Of a stretch of 64,000 bases of DNA, positions 40,630 to 54,169 are shown in pieces. The translations under genes and the position numbers were made by a program. Position 1 is the stretch's first letter. Every line of letters begins with the position of its first letter. Source of the stretch: Octopus sinensis (lineage: Eukaryota). The stretch lies in contig NC_043024.1 in NCBI RefSeq assembly GCF_006345805.1, positions 6,014,001 through 6,078,000 of the forward strand, given 5' to 3'. The notes beneath the pieces are model-generated. The model made no database searches and was not told where the DNA came from. It saw only the letters and a list, made by a program, of their open reading frames with translations.

Positions 40630-41290
40630 ATGAGTATATGTGTGTGTGTGTGTGTATGAGTATATGTGTGTGTGTGTGTGTGTGTATGAGTATATATATG
40701 TGTGTGTGTGTATGAGTATATATATGTGTGTGTGTATGAGTATATATATGTGTGTGTGTGTGTGTGTATGAATATATATATATGTGTGTGTGTATGAATA
40801 TATGTGTGTGTATGAATATATGTGTGTGTGTGTATGAATATATGTGTGTGTGTGTGTGTGTGTGTATGAATATATGTGTGTGTGTGTGTGTGTATATGAA
40901 TATATATGTGTGTGTGTGTGTATATGAATATATATGTGTGTGTGTGTGTGTGTGTATATGAATATATATGTGTGTGTGTGTGTGTATATGAATATATATG
41001 TGTGTGTGTATATGAATATATATGTGTGTGTGTGTGTATGAATATATATATACGTGTGTGTGTATGAATATGTGTGTGTGTGTATGAATATATGTGTGTG
41101 TGTGTATGAATATATGTGTGTGTGTGTATATGAATATATATGTGTGTGTGTGTGTGTATATGAATATATGTGTGTGTATATGAATATATATGTGTGTGTG
41201 TGTGTGTATATGAATATATATGTGTGTGTGTATATGAATATATATGTGTGTGTGTATGAATATATATATATATGTGTGTGTGTGAATATA
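40600..41290. repeat. Compound minisatellite (TG)n-TATGA(G/A)TA-(TA)n in intron 1
   Basis: Roughly 25-30 variable-length units. Confidence 0.9.
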
Positions 41291-41712
41291 AGTGGGTATA
41301 TAGGTGTGTATATATGGGTATGTATGGAGGTGTATATTGTGTATATACCGTATTCATTCGTGTAGAAGTCGAACTGTTTTATACTTGATTACTTAAGAAT
41401 AACTGAAAAGAAAAAAAAATCCCTGGGGTACCACGGATACCCAAGGCAAAGGTCGACACTATCCGACTCGTGTGAATGTTTCGAAACTCTTCTCCCCATT
41501 CCTCCCCTCCCCACCAAAAAAGAAAAAAAAATTGTTTTTCTCAAAGGATTCTGATATAATCGAAACCTACACCATCTGAAGTGTATTTGTGGAAAATTTC
41601 GTAGATAAATATCCATTTTTCTGTAAGTTATGAGGCAACAAAGTCAGATGAGGCGGGGAGGGGGTCACACTTGTAAAGGTATGCCTATATACATACATAT
41701 ATATACATATAC

Positions 41713-41744
<32 letters not shown>

Positions 41745-42776
41745 ATATATACCCTTAATTTAGTGGTCTTAAAGGTGATACGTGCAAGGTGTCTTAGTTA
41801 ATGCTGGAGTCGGCTAAAGAGTATAAATGGATAATTTTACTCCTTGTAAAATATTTTTAATGTAAAAAAAAATTCTTTAAGATAATCTTAAAATTAAATA
41901 TCTTCTTTGACATTAATTCATAGTATAAAATATTTGTCGAGCTTTTGGAATAATCTATATAGGCCAGTTTCTTAAATTATAAGGAGGATATATGATTTTT
42001 ACCCTTACCAAAATGTAACAATTTATTCGGTCCATTAAATCCTAATTTCGTTAAATTGGGGTGGGTGGGTATTACATTCTGTGTATTTGTGTGTACGTAC
42101 ATACATAATAATACATACGTACGTACGTACATATCGTAAGAGCTTGTATAGGTCGCGTCAGATACGTTTTCGCCAAAACAATTCCGCATTTTGTACATTT
42201 TCGTGTCACCTTAACACCTTTGTATGATATCTATAACATTGAGGTAACAGGAAACTCGAAGTAAAATAATTTTAGAGTAAGAGATATTAATGACGACGGA
42301 GGTTTCCCAGCAGAGAAAATGTACCACCAAATATGATTGATATTAATCAAATTAATATCAATTTTTTTACCTTTATTTAAATTTATATATATACTCTTTT
42401 ATTTGTTTGTTATTTGACTGCGACCATGTTGGGGCACTGCCTTTAGTTGAGCAAATCGACCCCGGGACTTATTCTTTGTAAGCCTAGTACTTATTCTATC
42501 GGTCTCTTTTGCCGAACCGCTAAGTTACGGGGACGTAAACACACCAGCATCGGTTGTCAAGCGATGTTAGGGGACAAACACAGGCACACAAACATATACA
42601 CACATATACATACATATATATATATACACATACAGTTATACGACGGGCTTCTTTCAGTTTCCGTCTACCAAATCCACTCACAAGGCTTTGGTCGGCCCAA
42701 GGCTATAGTAGAAGACACTTGCCCAGAACCATGCTACTGGTAAGCAAGCTACTTACCACACAGCCACTCGTGCGCC

Positions 42777-42825
<49 letters not shown>

Positions 42826-42848
42826 GCATACATATATATATATACATA

Positions 42849-43381
42849 CAGGGTGGGCCAAAATTAGTGCACCAACTTTATGTGTCCCAATTATATATGT
42901 CTGTTAGTTCTACAGTTTCTTGATGTCATTGATTATTCGACCTGTTGAATTCTGTGAGAGAATGCTGCCAGAAGCCAGAGATTCCAGATTTTTCGATCGA
43001 CTCATTTTCTCCGATGAAGCAACCATCCATTATTTCCGTTCACATCAATGGCTATAACTGCTTCTATTATTCAGAAAATGACCCTAAAATGGTTTGGGAA
43101 AAGCATGTCAACTCACCTTTTTTTGTCATTTGGGTGGTGATATTATCTTCAGGAATTTGTGCATTCCATATTCAACAAGAGACGATGAATGGTGATCGTT
43201 ACCTGGTGTTGTGTGAGAACATCATCTGGCAGTATTTTCGAAACCATCATTTCAAAATCTTTGTGCAAGATGGAACATCTCCTTATTATGACAAATGTGT
43301 AAGAAACTTCCTTGATCGACACCTACGAAATTGTTGGATTTTCAAAGACTCAAGTTGGGACACTAATTTTGGCTCACCCTG
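42849..43381 (+). mobile_element. Tc1/mariner-superfamily deletion derivative with both TIRs
   Basis: 30-bp TIRs CAGGGTGGGCCAAAATTAGTGCACCAACTT / CAGGGTGAGCCAAAATTAGTGTCCCAACTT, TA flanks; FSDEA and FVQDG catalytic remnants. Confidence 0.88.
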
Positions 43382-44380
43382 TATACGCGGAGTGGTTGGC
43401 GTTAGGAAGGGCATCCAGCTGTAGAAACACTGCCAGATCAGACTGGAGCCTGGTGCAGCCCCTGGCTTCCCAGACCCCGGTCGAACCGTTCAACCCATGC
43501 TAGCACAGAAAACGGATGTTAAACGATGATGATGATGATATGTGAAAAATTAAAAGGTTTATCTCAAGCCAAGAACTTGGTTTTCTGGATTCTGTGGCAT
43601 ATGCATTGCACTCAGGGCCGGTTTTAAACCAATTAGACAGACTTGTTGAAATTGGGCCCCACACACACGCATGAGCAGAGGATGTTATGATGCATTTTTA
43701 GTATGTCATTGTGGTTGACAGTGGAACCCCAAGCCCTCAACACTTTTTTGGTTGGGACTGGAATACTACACGAAGCATAAAACATCAGTCTTCAGCTTTT
43801 GCAGAGTAGAAGGACCCCACTGACGATTCTCTAACTGAGCCCTACTCTTTCTAGTGCTGGCCTTGATTGCACCTACCCCACTGGACGCAACTGGTCTGTC
43901 GCAGCTAAGTGGATGGGAGGAACATGAAATGATGAAGTGTTTTGCTCAAGAAAATAATGCATCATGAATGCAACACCCTAACCACTAAGCTACACACACA
44001 CACAGACACACACACACACAGAGGATACCCTTAGTTCTTTAAAGTTCAATTTTTCTCAACTGATGGAATAAACCAATCAATGAATGAACGTATAATGACT
44101 CTCAGAAATGGCTGTCAGTTGAATTTACTACAATAAAGAAATATGTAATGGCCATTATTTATACCTTGTCATATTGCTTCCCAACCATACGACTGCATGG
44201 CACCTTGGGCAAATGTCTTTTGCTATAGCCCAAAGCTCTGCAAGTGGATTTGGTAGATGGAAACTGGGAGAAGCCTGTCGTACATGTGTGTGTGTGTGTT
44301 TGTCTGTCCCCCACTACTGCGTGACAACCGGTGTTGGTGTATTTACACACCGTCATAACTTAGTAGTTTGGCAAAAGCAT

Positions 44381-44535
44381 CCAGGAGTGGCTATGTGGTA
44401 AGTAGATTGCTTATGAACCACATGCTTCCGGGTTCAGTCCCACTGCGTGGCACCTTGGGCAAGTGTCTTCTACTGTAGCCTCAGGCAGACCAAAGCCTTG
44501 TGAGTGGATTTGGTAGAAGGAAACTGAAAGAAGCC

Positions 44536-44586
<51 letters not shown>

Positions 44587-44812
44587 TATATGTATGTGTG
44601 TATACATTTGTGTGTCTGTGTTTATACTCCAACATTGCTTGACAACCGATGCTGGTGTGTTTACGTCCCCGTAACTTAGCGGTTCAGCAAAAGAGACTGA
44701 TAGAATAAGTACTAGGCTTACAAAGAATAAGTCCTGGGGGTGATTTGCTCAACTAAAGGCAGTGCTCCAGCATGGCCACAGTCAAATGACTGAAACAAGT
44801 AAAAGAGTAAAG
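44381..44812 (+). mobile_element. SINE family B copy in intron 1
   Basis: Homologous to 1556-1972; opposite-strand copies at 42395-42775 and 46400-46775. Confidence 0.85.
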
Positions 44813-45611
44813 AGATAGAATAAGTACTGTGGTTGATATATTTGACTAAAAATTCTTCAAAGTGATGCCCCAGTATGACCGCAGTCTAATGACCGAAACA
44901 AGTAAAAGATGAAAGGTATATATATATGATATGTATTACAAGGTCACAGAGTATAGAAGAAAAACACAAAGAACAGAGAATTCTTTGATCTGTTCAGTGC
45001 ATTTCAGATAGATTGGCTCTTCAAAATTATACAATGCAGTGATTGTGCATATTAATTAATTCTGTATTTGGTTAAGTAAGATTCTACAGAGAGAGAGAAA
45101 TTTGACACCTTCCTATCTTTATCAAAGCTATACCCCACTGCTTAGAATAGATGATACGTTAAGGGGAGACAGATGGTAGTAAAACTAACAGTATTTAACT
45201 AGTACAAACTGCAAGGGAGCTATTTCAGCAGACCTATTTAGGAATGGTATTTATAAAATCGTATTGGAATTGCAATTCAATCTCACCCATCAACTTCAAT
45301 GTCTATGGCAAAGTTCCTACCCCATTTAAACTGTTGCTGACCAATTTGAATAGACAGAGGCTATTCAGCAGGTAATTATTTTGGTCACAATGGGAATGTC
45401 GTTCTATACTTTGTGACCTTGTACTAAAATTATTCAGTGTTTGAACTTTGGATTTACAAATTGGACAGACAGTGGAAAGTAATTTTGTAGCTGACATGGA
45501 TCACAGTGGCTTTCACTGGACAGTTTAGTTAGCCAAGTTTGATCCCTACAAAGTGCTTATAAAGTATTTACTTGGGTTTTTAATTTCCTTTTTCCATGTG
45601 TGTGTGTATGT

Positions 45612-45736
45612 CAGTGTTTCTCAACCTTTTTACTCTTGTGTAACCCTTAAAATAGATTAGATGGCTCAAGGAACCCCTGCACAAAAAAGTTATATACCAT
45701 ATCTTTCTCATATTTTTTTCATTGTAGTTCACATGG

Positions 45737-45768
<32 letters not shown>

Positions 45769-46371
45769 ATGGTTGTTATAATTTTTGATAACATTATAGG
45801 TTAGATAGGATGATATCTATATAACAATATTCGTTTCTACTCTAGGCACAAGGCCTGAATTTTTTGGGGAGGGGCCCAGTCGATAAGATCAACTCCTGTA
45901 CGCAACTGGTACTTAATTTATTGACCCCGAAAGGATGAAAGGCAAAGTCTACCTCGGCAGAATTTGAACTCAGAATGTAAAGATAGATGAAATACCTATT
46001 TCTTTACTACCCACAAGGGGCTAAACACAGAGGGGAGAAACATGGACAAATGGATTAAGTCGATTGCATCGACCCCAGTGCGTAACTGGTACTTAATATA
46101 TCGACCCCGAAAGGATGAAAGGCAAAGACGACCTTGGCGGAATTTGAACTCAGAACATAAAGATAGATGAAATAGGGCTACACATTTCGCCTGGCGTACT
46201 TACGATTCACCAACTTGCCATCTATATTACAATAACCAGTAGTATGTTGTGCATGTGTAATAATATTACAATCATGAAATTAGCATTAGCTTATCTCACT
46301 CTTTTCGGGGAACCCCTAGGAAACTTTTGCAGGACCCTAGGGTTCCGGGGAACACTAGTTGAGAAGCGCTG
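45612..46371. mobile_element. hAT-type MITE with nested SINE A copies
   Basis: TIRs CAGTGTTTCTCAAC / GTTGAGAAGCGCTG; no clear TSD. Confidence 0.6.
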
Positions 46372-46569
46372 CTCTATATCATCATTCTTTAATGTATCTT
46401 TTACTCCTTTCAGTCATTTGACTATGGCCATGCTGGAGCACCGGCTTTAGTTGAGGAAATCGACCCCAGGACTTATCGGTATCTTTTGCCACACCGCTAA
46501 GTTATGGGGATGTAAACACACCAGCATCAGCTGTCAAGCGAGGTTGGGGGGGGACAAACACAGACATAC

Positions 46570-46614
<45 letters not shown>

Positions 46615-47843
46615 CGACGGGCTTCTTTCAGTTTCTGTCTACCAAATCCACTCACAAGGCTTTGGTCAGCCCGAGGCTATAGTAGAAGACACTTGCCCAA
46701 GGTGCCACGCAGTGGGAATGAATCCCGGACAATGTGGTTGGTAAACAAGCTACTTACCGCACAGCCGCTCCTACGCCTCATGTACACTTACATGATGCAT
46801 CCAACAGAAACACCACCATCATACAAATGACATTGCTCATTTGCAATCTTCTGCAAAAACATGTCCAACCACTGTGCGGTTTATGGTTGAAGGACCATGA
46901 TACAAGGGGGGAAATACCATTGGATTGCCCCATGCAGTCCACTGGTATGGCAAACAACCAGTCTGTAGTAGTTAAGTAGATGATAATAATCTTTGCTACT
47001 AGAATCACAAGGCCTCAAATTTGGGAAAGGGATTAAGTTGATTACATAGACCCCAGTGCGTGACTGGTACTTATTTAATTGACCCTGAAAGGATGAAAGG
47101 CAACGTCCACCTCGGCAGAACTTGAACTCAGAATGTGAAGACAGATGAAATACTGCAAAGCATGTTGCTCTACATGCTAACAATTCTTATTTCTTTACTG
47201 CCCACAAGGGGCTACACAGACAAGGGGCTACTTACACATGCTAACAATCCTGCCATCTTGCCTCCCTCCAAGCAGATGATAATGATGATGATGATTATGA
47301 TTGCTTGTTTAGTTATGTCAGCATTATTGATTGTGGCAGGAATCAATAGCAATGTCGTAATGCACTTATGTTTTTAATTATTGATTAGGGTCTGTATCTG
47401 TATATCATTGATTAAAGGACTGTGCGGAAGATGTGGGCATGGCTGTGTGGTAAAAAGTTTGCTTCCCAACCTTGTGTTTTCAGGTTCAGTCCCAGTGTGG
47501 CACCTTGGATGAGTGTTTCCTGCTATAGCCCCCTTGGCTGACCAAAGCCTTGTGAGTGGATTTGGCAGACAGAAACTGAAAGAAGCGAGCTGTCAGAAAC
47601 GTTAGCACGCTGGGCAAAATGCTTAGCGGTATTTCGTCTGCTGCTACATTCTGAGTTCAAATTCCGCTGAGGTCGACTTTGCTTTTCATCCTTTTGGGGT
47701 CGATTTATTAAGTACCAGTTACGCACTAGGGTCAATAAAATTGACTTAATCCATTTGTTTGTCCCCTCTGTGTGTAGCCCCTTGTGGGCAGTAAAGAAAT
47801 AAGAAACTGAAAGAAGCCTGTCTTGGGTGTGTGTGTGTGTATA

Positions 47844-49414
47844 CAGGCATACCTCACCCGGTGTCCTTAATTGGTTCCAGGAGACACGACTTAAGTGTCA
47901 GTATGTGTTAAGGTGAACAAATGTGATAGGCATGTGGATGCCTTTGAAGTAAACAAATAAATGACATCGATTCATAGTTAAAATAATTTATTTACTGTAC
48001 TTGCATTTGTCTTTGGTATACAATATTCTTTACTACATGTAATTGTTGACAACTGCTACGAGTTGCTAGAAATAGAAGCGGGGCACATCTGTGGAGGTGA
48101 TATGTCAGAACTGAATATGTTTTCGTGTGTGAGTGCATGTCATTCATCTGAGAAAGTAGTCTGCCATGAATCCTTCTCTCTGCCAGTGTGCCACGAACCT
48201 TTCAGTTTGTCTACCAAAGCCTTTCTTGTCTGTGTCCTAAGCCTTTCTGTCCGTCTCTCTGTTGACCACAGTATTTTATAACCGCTGTGGCAGCTAGAAG
48301 GACAGACATACTGCAGCAGAGATTGTGTCTAAATAGGTCAGCTCCTGTCCATTTGAACTTTACCTGACATGGCTGAGGTCGTAGGTCAAAGGGAGATGAT
48401 TTATCATTTTTTGACTGGACAGAGAAAACCTTTTTTTGCTCCTGTTGATCGTGGTTGTTTGGATGACCAAAAATCCTTAGATTTGGTTTCAGATCTAAGC
48501 TTGGAGAACGAAGTGTTAATTTTTACACACTTTCACCTTGCTTCATAATGGAGAGATAACTTCTTCACTCTTTAAATCTCATGAACCATCCTTGACTTGC
48601 CTTGAACTCTACATCTTTCTCGTCTGGATATTTTTTTCTTCAGGTCCTCAGACAAAGACAAAGCTTTCTCTTGAATAATTTCTTGACTAATAGTAGCACA
48701 CTGACACTTCAACCTAACAATCCAAAGAGAAAGAAGATTTTCCATTTCTTCAAAGATTTTGCCTCTTTCTTTATTGATGACAGTGTTCTTCATCTGTGGG
48801 GGTTTCAGATTTGATAAAATCTTGTCGTTATTATGTAGTCATTGATACAGTTGTTGGACTAATCCCCAAAGGCCATGCAATTGTACCACTTTTTCACCTT
48901 TTCCATAACACTTTATCATAACCAGTTTATCTTCAAGCATTATAGCATGACGCTTAGCACTTTCACTATGAATATTCATAGGAACCGATAAACAGACATA
49001 ACCAAATCTGAATTCAAAACAGTCGCAGAAATCACGAGTAACAATGACACCTAACAGTAGATATTGGAACTGCAGTGCAATATGAGCTCTGAAAGACCGA
49101 TAAATAAGACAACACAACTGATTTCATGATTTTGCTCACTAAGCTACATTACTTTATGGTGTGTATCTTAACATTTACTGTACATATTTTAATATGATTT
49201 TATATGCTTTTATTCTTATTTATTGTACAGTAACCTGATTTGATGTGCTTTTAATGGTTTTCTAGTGATTTTATGATACCAATATTTGTGGCATACAGAT
49301 ATAGTCGAGTAAAATGACTCAACTTGATTTTAATTTTTCCATATATTATTTTTGAAAATTGACCTATTATTGAGAATGACTTAAATCAAAATGACTTAAG
49401 CCAAAGTATACCTG
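47844..49414 (-). mobile_element. Tigger/pogo transposon remnant
   Basis: Psq-type HTH KRHAIMLEDKLVMIKCYGKGEK and CENP-B-type MENLLSLWI..ISQEIIQEKALSL; CAGG(C/T)ATAC termini flanked by TA. Confidence 0.75.
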
Positions 49415-50098
49415 TATATATATATATGTGCAAAGTTTAGTTTAGTTAAAATATGTTTGTGTCATATTTTAACTGCGCAAATTCACTGCAGTTACCATGG
49501 AGATAAATTCTCTCTTATGGTAAAAAAGTGTAAAAACACCATGATTTATACATATAGGAAATAAAGGTTTTGTTCAGAGATCCCAAGTTGTCCTGAGCAT
49601 TGCAGATGGCCATTGGGGCCATACTTTTGTGGTCCCAACAGATTCTTTGATTGATTTTTCCAGTATTCAAATTCACAACCTTAGAATCACTAGCAAAATA
49701 CACTAACCACCAAGCCATGCATCTTCCTCAGTTGTTAGATGACACACAAATCAAACACTAATATTTGTTTTCCCTGTTTACATTGAATGTTGGATGGATG
49801 AAGGCCACATAATGTTTGTCCGAGATAGAGGGAGGGTTGAAAAAAGTAAGATTTATGTTTGCTGGGCCTCAAAAATGTGATGGTATGAGATCTAGTAGAG
49901 TGACAATACACTGCACAGTCGACTTGTCCAATATTTGCTAGCAAGTTGATTTTTAATTAGGTAACAAGTCTGTTTGGTGATGTAATTAGGCAACAGATTG
50001 TTGATAATTGATTATCTGCCAAACTGAGTTTCATGCAGTAAAATCACATTTAACTGCATGAGAATCAATTGTTACTTTATAATGTTGACATATTTTAA

Positions 50099-50562
50099 CC
50101 CTTTCGTTACCGTATTTCTTTTGAGATGCTCTGTGTTTCCTTCAAATAATTTTAAATACAACAAAGAATAACTTGCTTATCATTAAGCTAGTGTTAGGAA
50201 CATAAATTGTGACTAAGGTTTGGTGGAAGATTTTAATTCAGAACTTATGAAAACAAGACATTTGTACTACAGAGCCAGAGGCAGTTTCAGGTAGGTTGGT
50301 ATCAAAAGGGTTAAGAATTGTTTCTCTATTATATATTTTAACCCTTTTGATACCATATTTCTGTTGAGATGCTCTGTGTTTCTTTCAATTACTTTAAATA
50401 TAACAAAGAATTTAATAAAATAACCTAGTTATCATGAAGCTAGTGTTAGGAACATAAATTGCGACTAAGGTTTGGTGGAAGATTTTAATTCAAAACTGTT
50501 GAAAACAAGACATTTGTACTAAAGAGCCAGAGATGGTTTCAGCTGTGTTGGCATCAAAAAGG
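50099..50562. mobile_element. Two adjacent piggyBac-type MITEs (50099-50310, 50342-50562)
   Basis: Each flanked by TTAA; same family as 19937 but opposite orientation. Confidence 0.8.
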
Positions 50563-50996
50563 TTAATGTAGGGAGTATTAAAAAGTTAACTACAGTTACG
50601 TTAGTGTTAACAGATTTAATGTTGAGAGTATTAAAAAAAATCTTTGAACAATTTTTTTATACAATACCTAATGACATTTAATTATAAAAATATAATGGGA
50701 TCTTTTTAAACATGACAAGTTATGGGGATCCAGTAGAGCAAAATAAGGATCAAAGGGGTCCATAGGCGAAAAATGGCTGAGAACCACTGGTATAAACAAA
50801 GCCAGCAGGTTGGTTTAGGCTCAAAGGTCCAGGTGCTTCTGATAAGGCACAAAATGTTGAAACACCAGTGTTTCAGAATCTTCTTCGCTATTGAGTGTGT
50901 TGAACTCCCTATCATCATAAAAGAGAAAAGTTTTTCTCCTTTCACACACACTACAATGACTAGCATACTTTGTGTCTGAACCTTTCTAGACATGCT

Positions 50997-51214
50997 GAGG
51001 GGTGGGGAGCTGAAAAGTTCCTGGCTTTGGGTAACAGAAAATACAGGAGGATCACTTAATTATGATTTTATGCAACATATTCCCCTCTCAGATTCACACA
51101 CCTATTGTAATGGTCCTTCAGTTATTCTAAGTCCTGTTAAAGAACTTGGAAGGTTGGGCCCCCAACCAGGTCTTTCATGATACCCCTAAAGCCAGGAACT
51201 TTCCAGGACCCCTC
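50997..51214. mobile_element. Mariner-type MITE, uninterrupted reference copy
   Basis: TIRs gaggggt..ctg(a/g)aaagttcctggcttt; reverse homologue of 59656-60389. Confidence 0.75.
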
Positions 51215-52045
51215 ATATTAAGAGTAAATATGCAAATAGTATTAAAAAGTTTAATTGGAAATAGTTATGTGGTGAGGCATGAAATTGCATGGCCTAGTGC
51301 GTAGGCTATTGGACTCATGATCGCTAGATCGTGGGTTCAGTCCCCAGACCAGGCGTTGTGTTGTGTTTTTGACGAAAACCTTTCATTTCACATTGCTCCA
51401 GCCCCTCTTTTGATTGGTGGGGAATGTCGGCCTGCTTACCCAGCCAGTGGGATGGTGTCATTTTAAGGCTAAAATGATGCAAAGTGCATTGTGACCAGCG
51501 ATGTGTAACAGCATCTGATAGTCTGGTTGATCACATGATCATGTGATGTGGTGAGACAGACAGTTAAGTTAGTATTAACATAATGAGTGGACATCAGAGA
51601 TAGGTGGCACCAACAAGTTGGAACTTCTCCGTTTTTAAGGGGATATTTCAGATTTTTTTTTTTCACAGTGCTCTTGGAAATACTCTTTTTAGCCAAAAAA
51701 ATTGTGAAAATTTACCATCTGAAAATGTTTACTTTTTTTTTTTCCTTTTTTTCTTGACAAAAAAGGCTTCTCAACCAAAATCAGTCTGGAGAGGGGAAGA
51801 TGATAGGGGTGGGGTTAAAAGAAACTATTTTTTAGAAAAAAATTTTTTTGTTAAAAAGATGCTCCAGATCATTTACAAAGGCACCGTGAAAAAAAAAAAA
51901 GAAACTTGAAAACTGTCAAAACAGAAATTCCAACCTGTTGGTGCTAACCATTTCCAACATCCACCATTTCAAGTAAGGAGTATTAAAATGTTAATTAGAA
52001 ATACTTAAGACAAGGAGATAATTAAGTTAGTGTTGATATATTTAA

Positions 52046-52265
52046 CCCTTTGGTATTCAAATTATTTCATTGAAAGTAATGCTTATGTATTCACGTTGCT
52101 TTGAATTAATCATGGATTATCTCTTGGCTTTGAGATTTTGATGAGGTAACTGTTAATTATTAGAATGTTATTGTAGAGTAGGTATGAGGGGCTGGATTTG
52201 GCCCGTTTGAACATAAAACAGGTGGAATATTTGGGTTGGACATGGCTGGCTTAAATGCTAAAGGG
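52046..52265. mobile_element. piggyBac-type MITE, second subfamily
   Basis: TTAA flanks; reverse homologue at 58775-58995. Confidence 0.7.
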
Positions 52266-52446
52266 TTAATGTAGGAAATATCAAAAAGGGGAGATGAGAC
52301 TAAGGGACATAGTAAAGTTAGTGTTAACTCACTTTAGGGAGTTATTTTGTGAAACACCACACCATATTTTTTTGATCAATTTCGAAATTTTTTGAAGCAA
52401 CTTGTGCAATGTTATTCATTTGAAGAAGGGTTCCATAAGGGTTTAA

Positions 52447-52666
52447 CCCTTTCATTACCAACCTGGCTGAAACCGCCTCTGGCTCTGAATACAAATGTCT
52501 TGTTTTCATAAGTTTTGAATTAAAATCTTCCATCAAACCTTAGTCACAGTTTATGTTCCTAACATTAGCTTAATGATAACTAAGTTATTTTACTAAATTC
52601 TTTGTTATATTTAAAGTAATTGAAAGAAACACAGAACATCTCAAAATAAATACAGTAACAAAAGGG
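52447..52666. mobile_element. piggyBac-type MITE ending 57 nt before exon 2
   Basis: TTAA|CCCT start, AGGG end; homologous to 19937. Confidence 0.8.
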
Positions 52667-52723
52667 TTTAATATGAAATGAAATTCTTTTCTTAATTGTG
52701 TATTTCTTATTTCTCCTTTGCAG

Positions 52724-52825
52724 CCAACCAAGGAACTTTTAGAAGCCCATTATGCTGAACATAAAGGGAAAAGTTTCTTTGATAAGCTTGTGGCATATAT
52801 GTCATCTGGACCCGTCTTTGCCATG
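52724..52825 (+). CDS. NDPK coding exon 2, aa 60-93 (102 nt)
   Basis: Acceptor ttctcctttgcag; [34 protein letters not shown]; donor ATG|GTGAGT. Confidence 0.96.
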
Positions 52826-53254
52826 GTGAGTACATATTGGAATCGGTCAATGTTTTCCATGTTTTTTTTCTTTATTTTGTCTTTAGATCCATTGATAGGA
52901 GAAAGGAGATGGCCAATATGCTGTACATACAGAGCTTTGTCTTCTGGGAGATAAGATCAGTGGGTCTTCTTGAAGACCCTAACAAAAAGTATCAATGGCT
53001 TTGATAGATCCCTGAGAACACTTGAGAATATCAGATGGTACCATCACGTTTCCAACAAAGAACTGCATGCCCATATCAGCTTGCAGTCTCCCACCCCATA
53101 GCTATCCATTGCATGCGCTGCTAAAAACATGTACTCCATATCCCACTAGATCATCCTATGAGTTGCAGGTTGGAAGGGGTCCTGTACCAGGCCCTATGCC
53201 AGATGGCTGAATGGGATTAAGGAAGATCACCAGAGGCTCAACGTTACCTTGGAG

Positions 53255-53455
53255 CAGTGGTTTTCAACCAGGGTTCCGCCAGTACAGTCCAGGGGTTCTG
53301 CAAGAAGTTACAAAACTGCTAAATTTGGCAGTAATTTTTTATTCTCCTGTGCAGATACGTGTGCATAAGACTATTAAATTATTGCACAGGGGTTCCTCGA
53401 GCCAGTGGAATGTTTCCTTGGGGTTCTGCTCCAGCAAAAGGTTTGAAAAGCACTG
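53255..53455. mobile_element. hAT-type MITE with intact 8-bp TSD
   Basis: TIRs CAGTGGTTTTCAA / TTGAAAAGCACTG; CCTTGGAG at 53247-53254 and 53456-53463. Confidence 0.88.
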
Positions 53456-53754
53456 CCTTGGAGGATGCGCAGGGGCTGGCACAGGACTGCCAGCAATGGC
53501 AGGCACCGGTAGACTTGGTTGTCTCTTTGCATGATGATGTCTCTGGGACCACAAACCTGAGATGACCCCAGCCCCATCAAACAAGAGTAGGTAAACCTAC
53601 ATATTCCTAGTCACTGTGTGTGTGTGTGATGCTGATTCGGCTATGTTAAGGGCACATGTGTCTCTGGAATACTCAGCCACTTATGTATGAATTCAGGAGC
53701 TGGTAATTCAGATCAAACGAGTGAATCTCCATCATTGAAACTAACGGAGAATCA

Positions 53755-54012
53755 TTTGTGTGTGTGTGTCTGTGTGTGTCTGTGTGTGTGTCTCTGTGTG
53801 TGTGTGTGTCTGTGTGTGTGTGTCTGTCTCTGTGTGTGTCTGTGTGTGTGTGTATCTGTGTGTGTGTGTCTGTGTGTGTGTCTGTGTGTGTGTGTCTGTG
53901 TGTGTGTTTGTTTGTCTGTGTGTGTGTGTCTGTATGTCTGTGTGTGTGTGTTTGTTTGTTTGTTTGTCTGTACGTGTGTGTGTGCCTGCGTGTGTGTGTG
54001 TGTGTGTGTGTG
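53755..54012. repeat. Long (TG)n/(TGTC)n tract in intron 2
   Basis: Visible array ending about 45 nt before exon 3. Confidence 0.95.
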
Positions 54013-54056
54013 TTTCTTTGGGTTGCTTATTAATCATATTTTAATCCCTTGTTTAG

Positions 54057-54169
54057 GTGCTGGAGGGGGAAGGTGTTGTACAGATGTGCCGTCAAATGAT
54101 TGGTGCCACCAAACCACAGGAGTCGATGCTTCGTACCATCCGAGGAGACTATGCTATTGAAATGGGGAG
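54057..54169 (+). CDS. NDPK coding exon 3, aa 94-131 (113 nt)
   Basis: Acceptor ttgtttag; [37 protein letters not shown](R); donor AG|GTATGG, phase 2. Confidence 0.96.
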
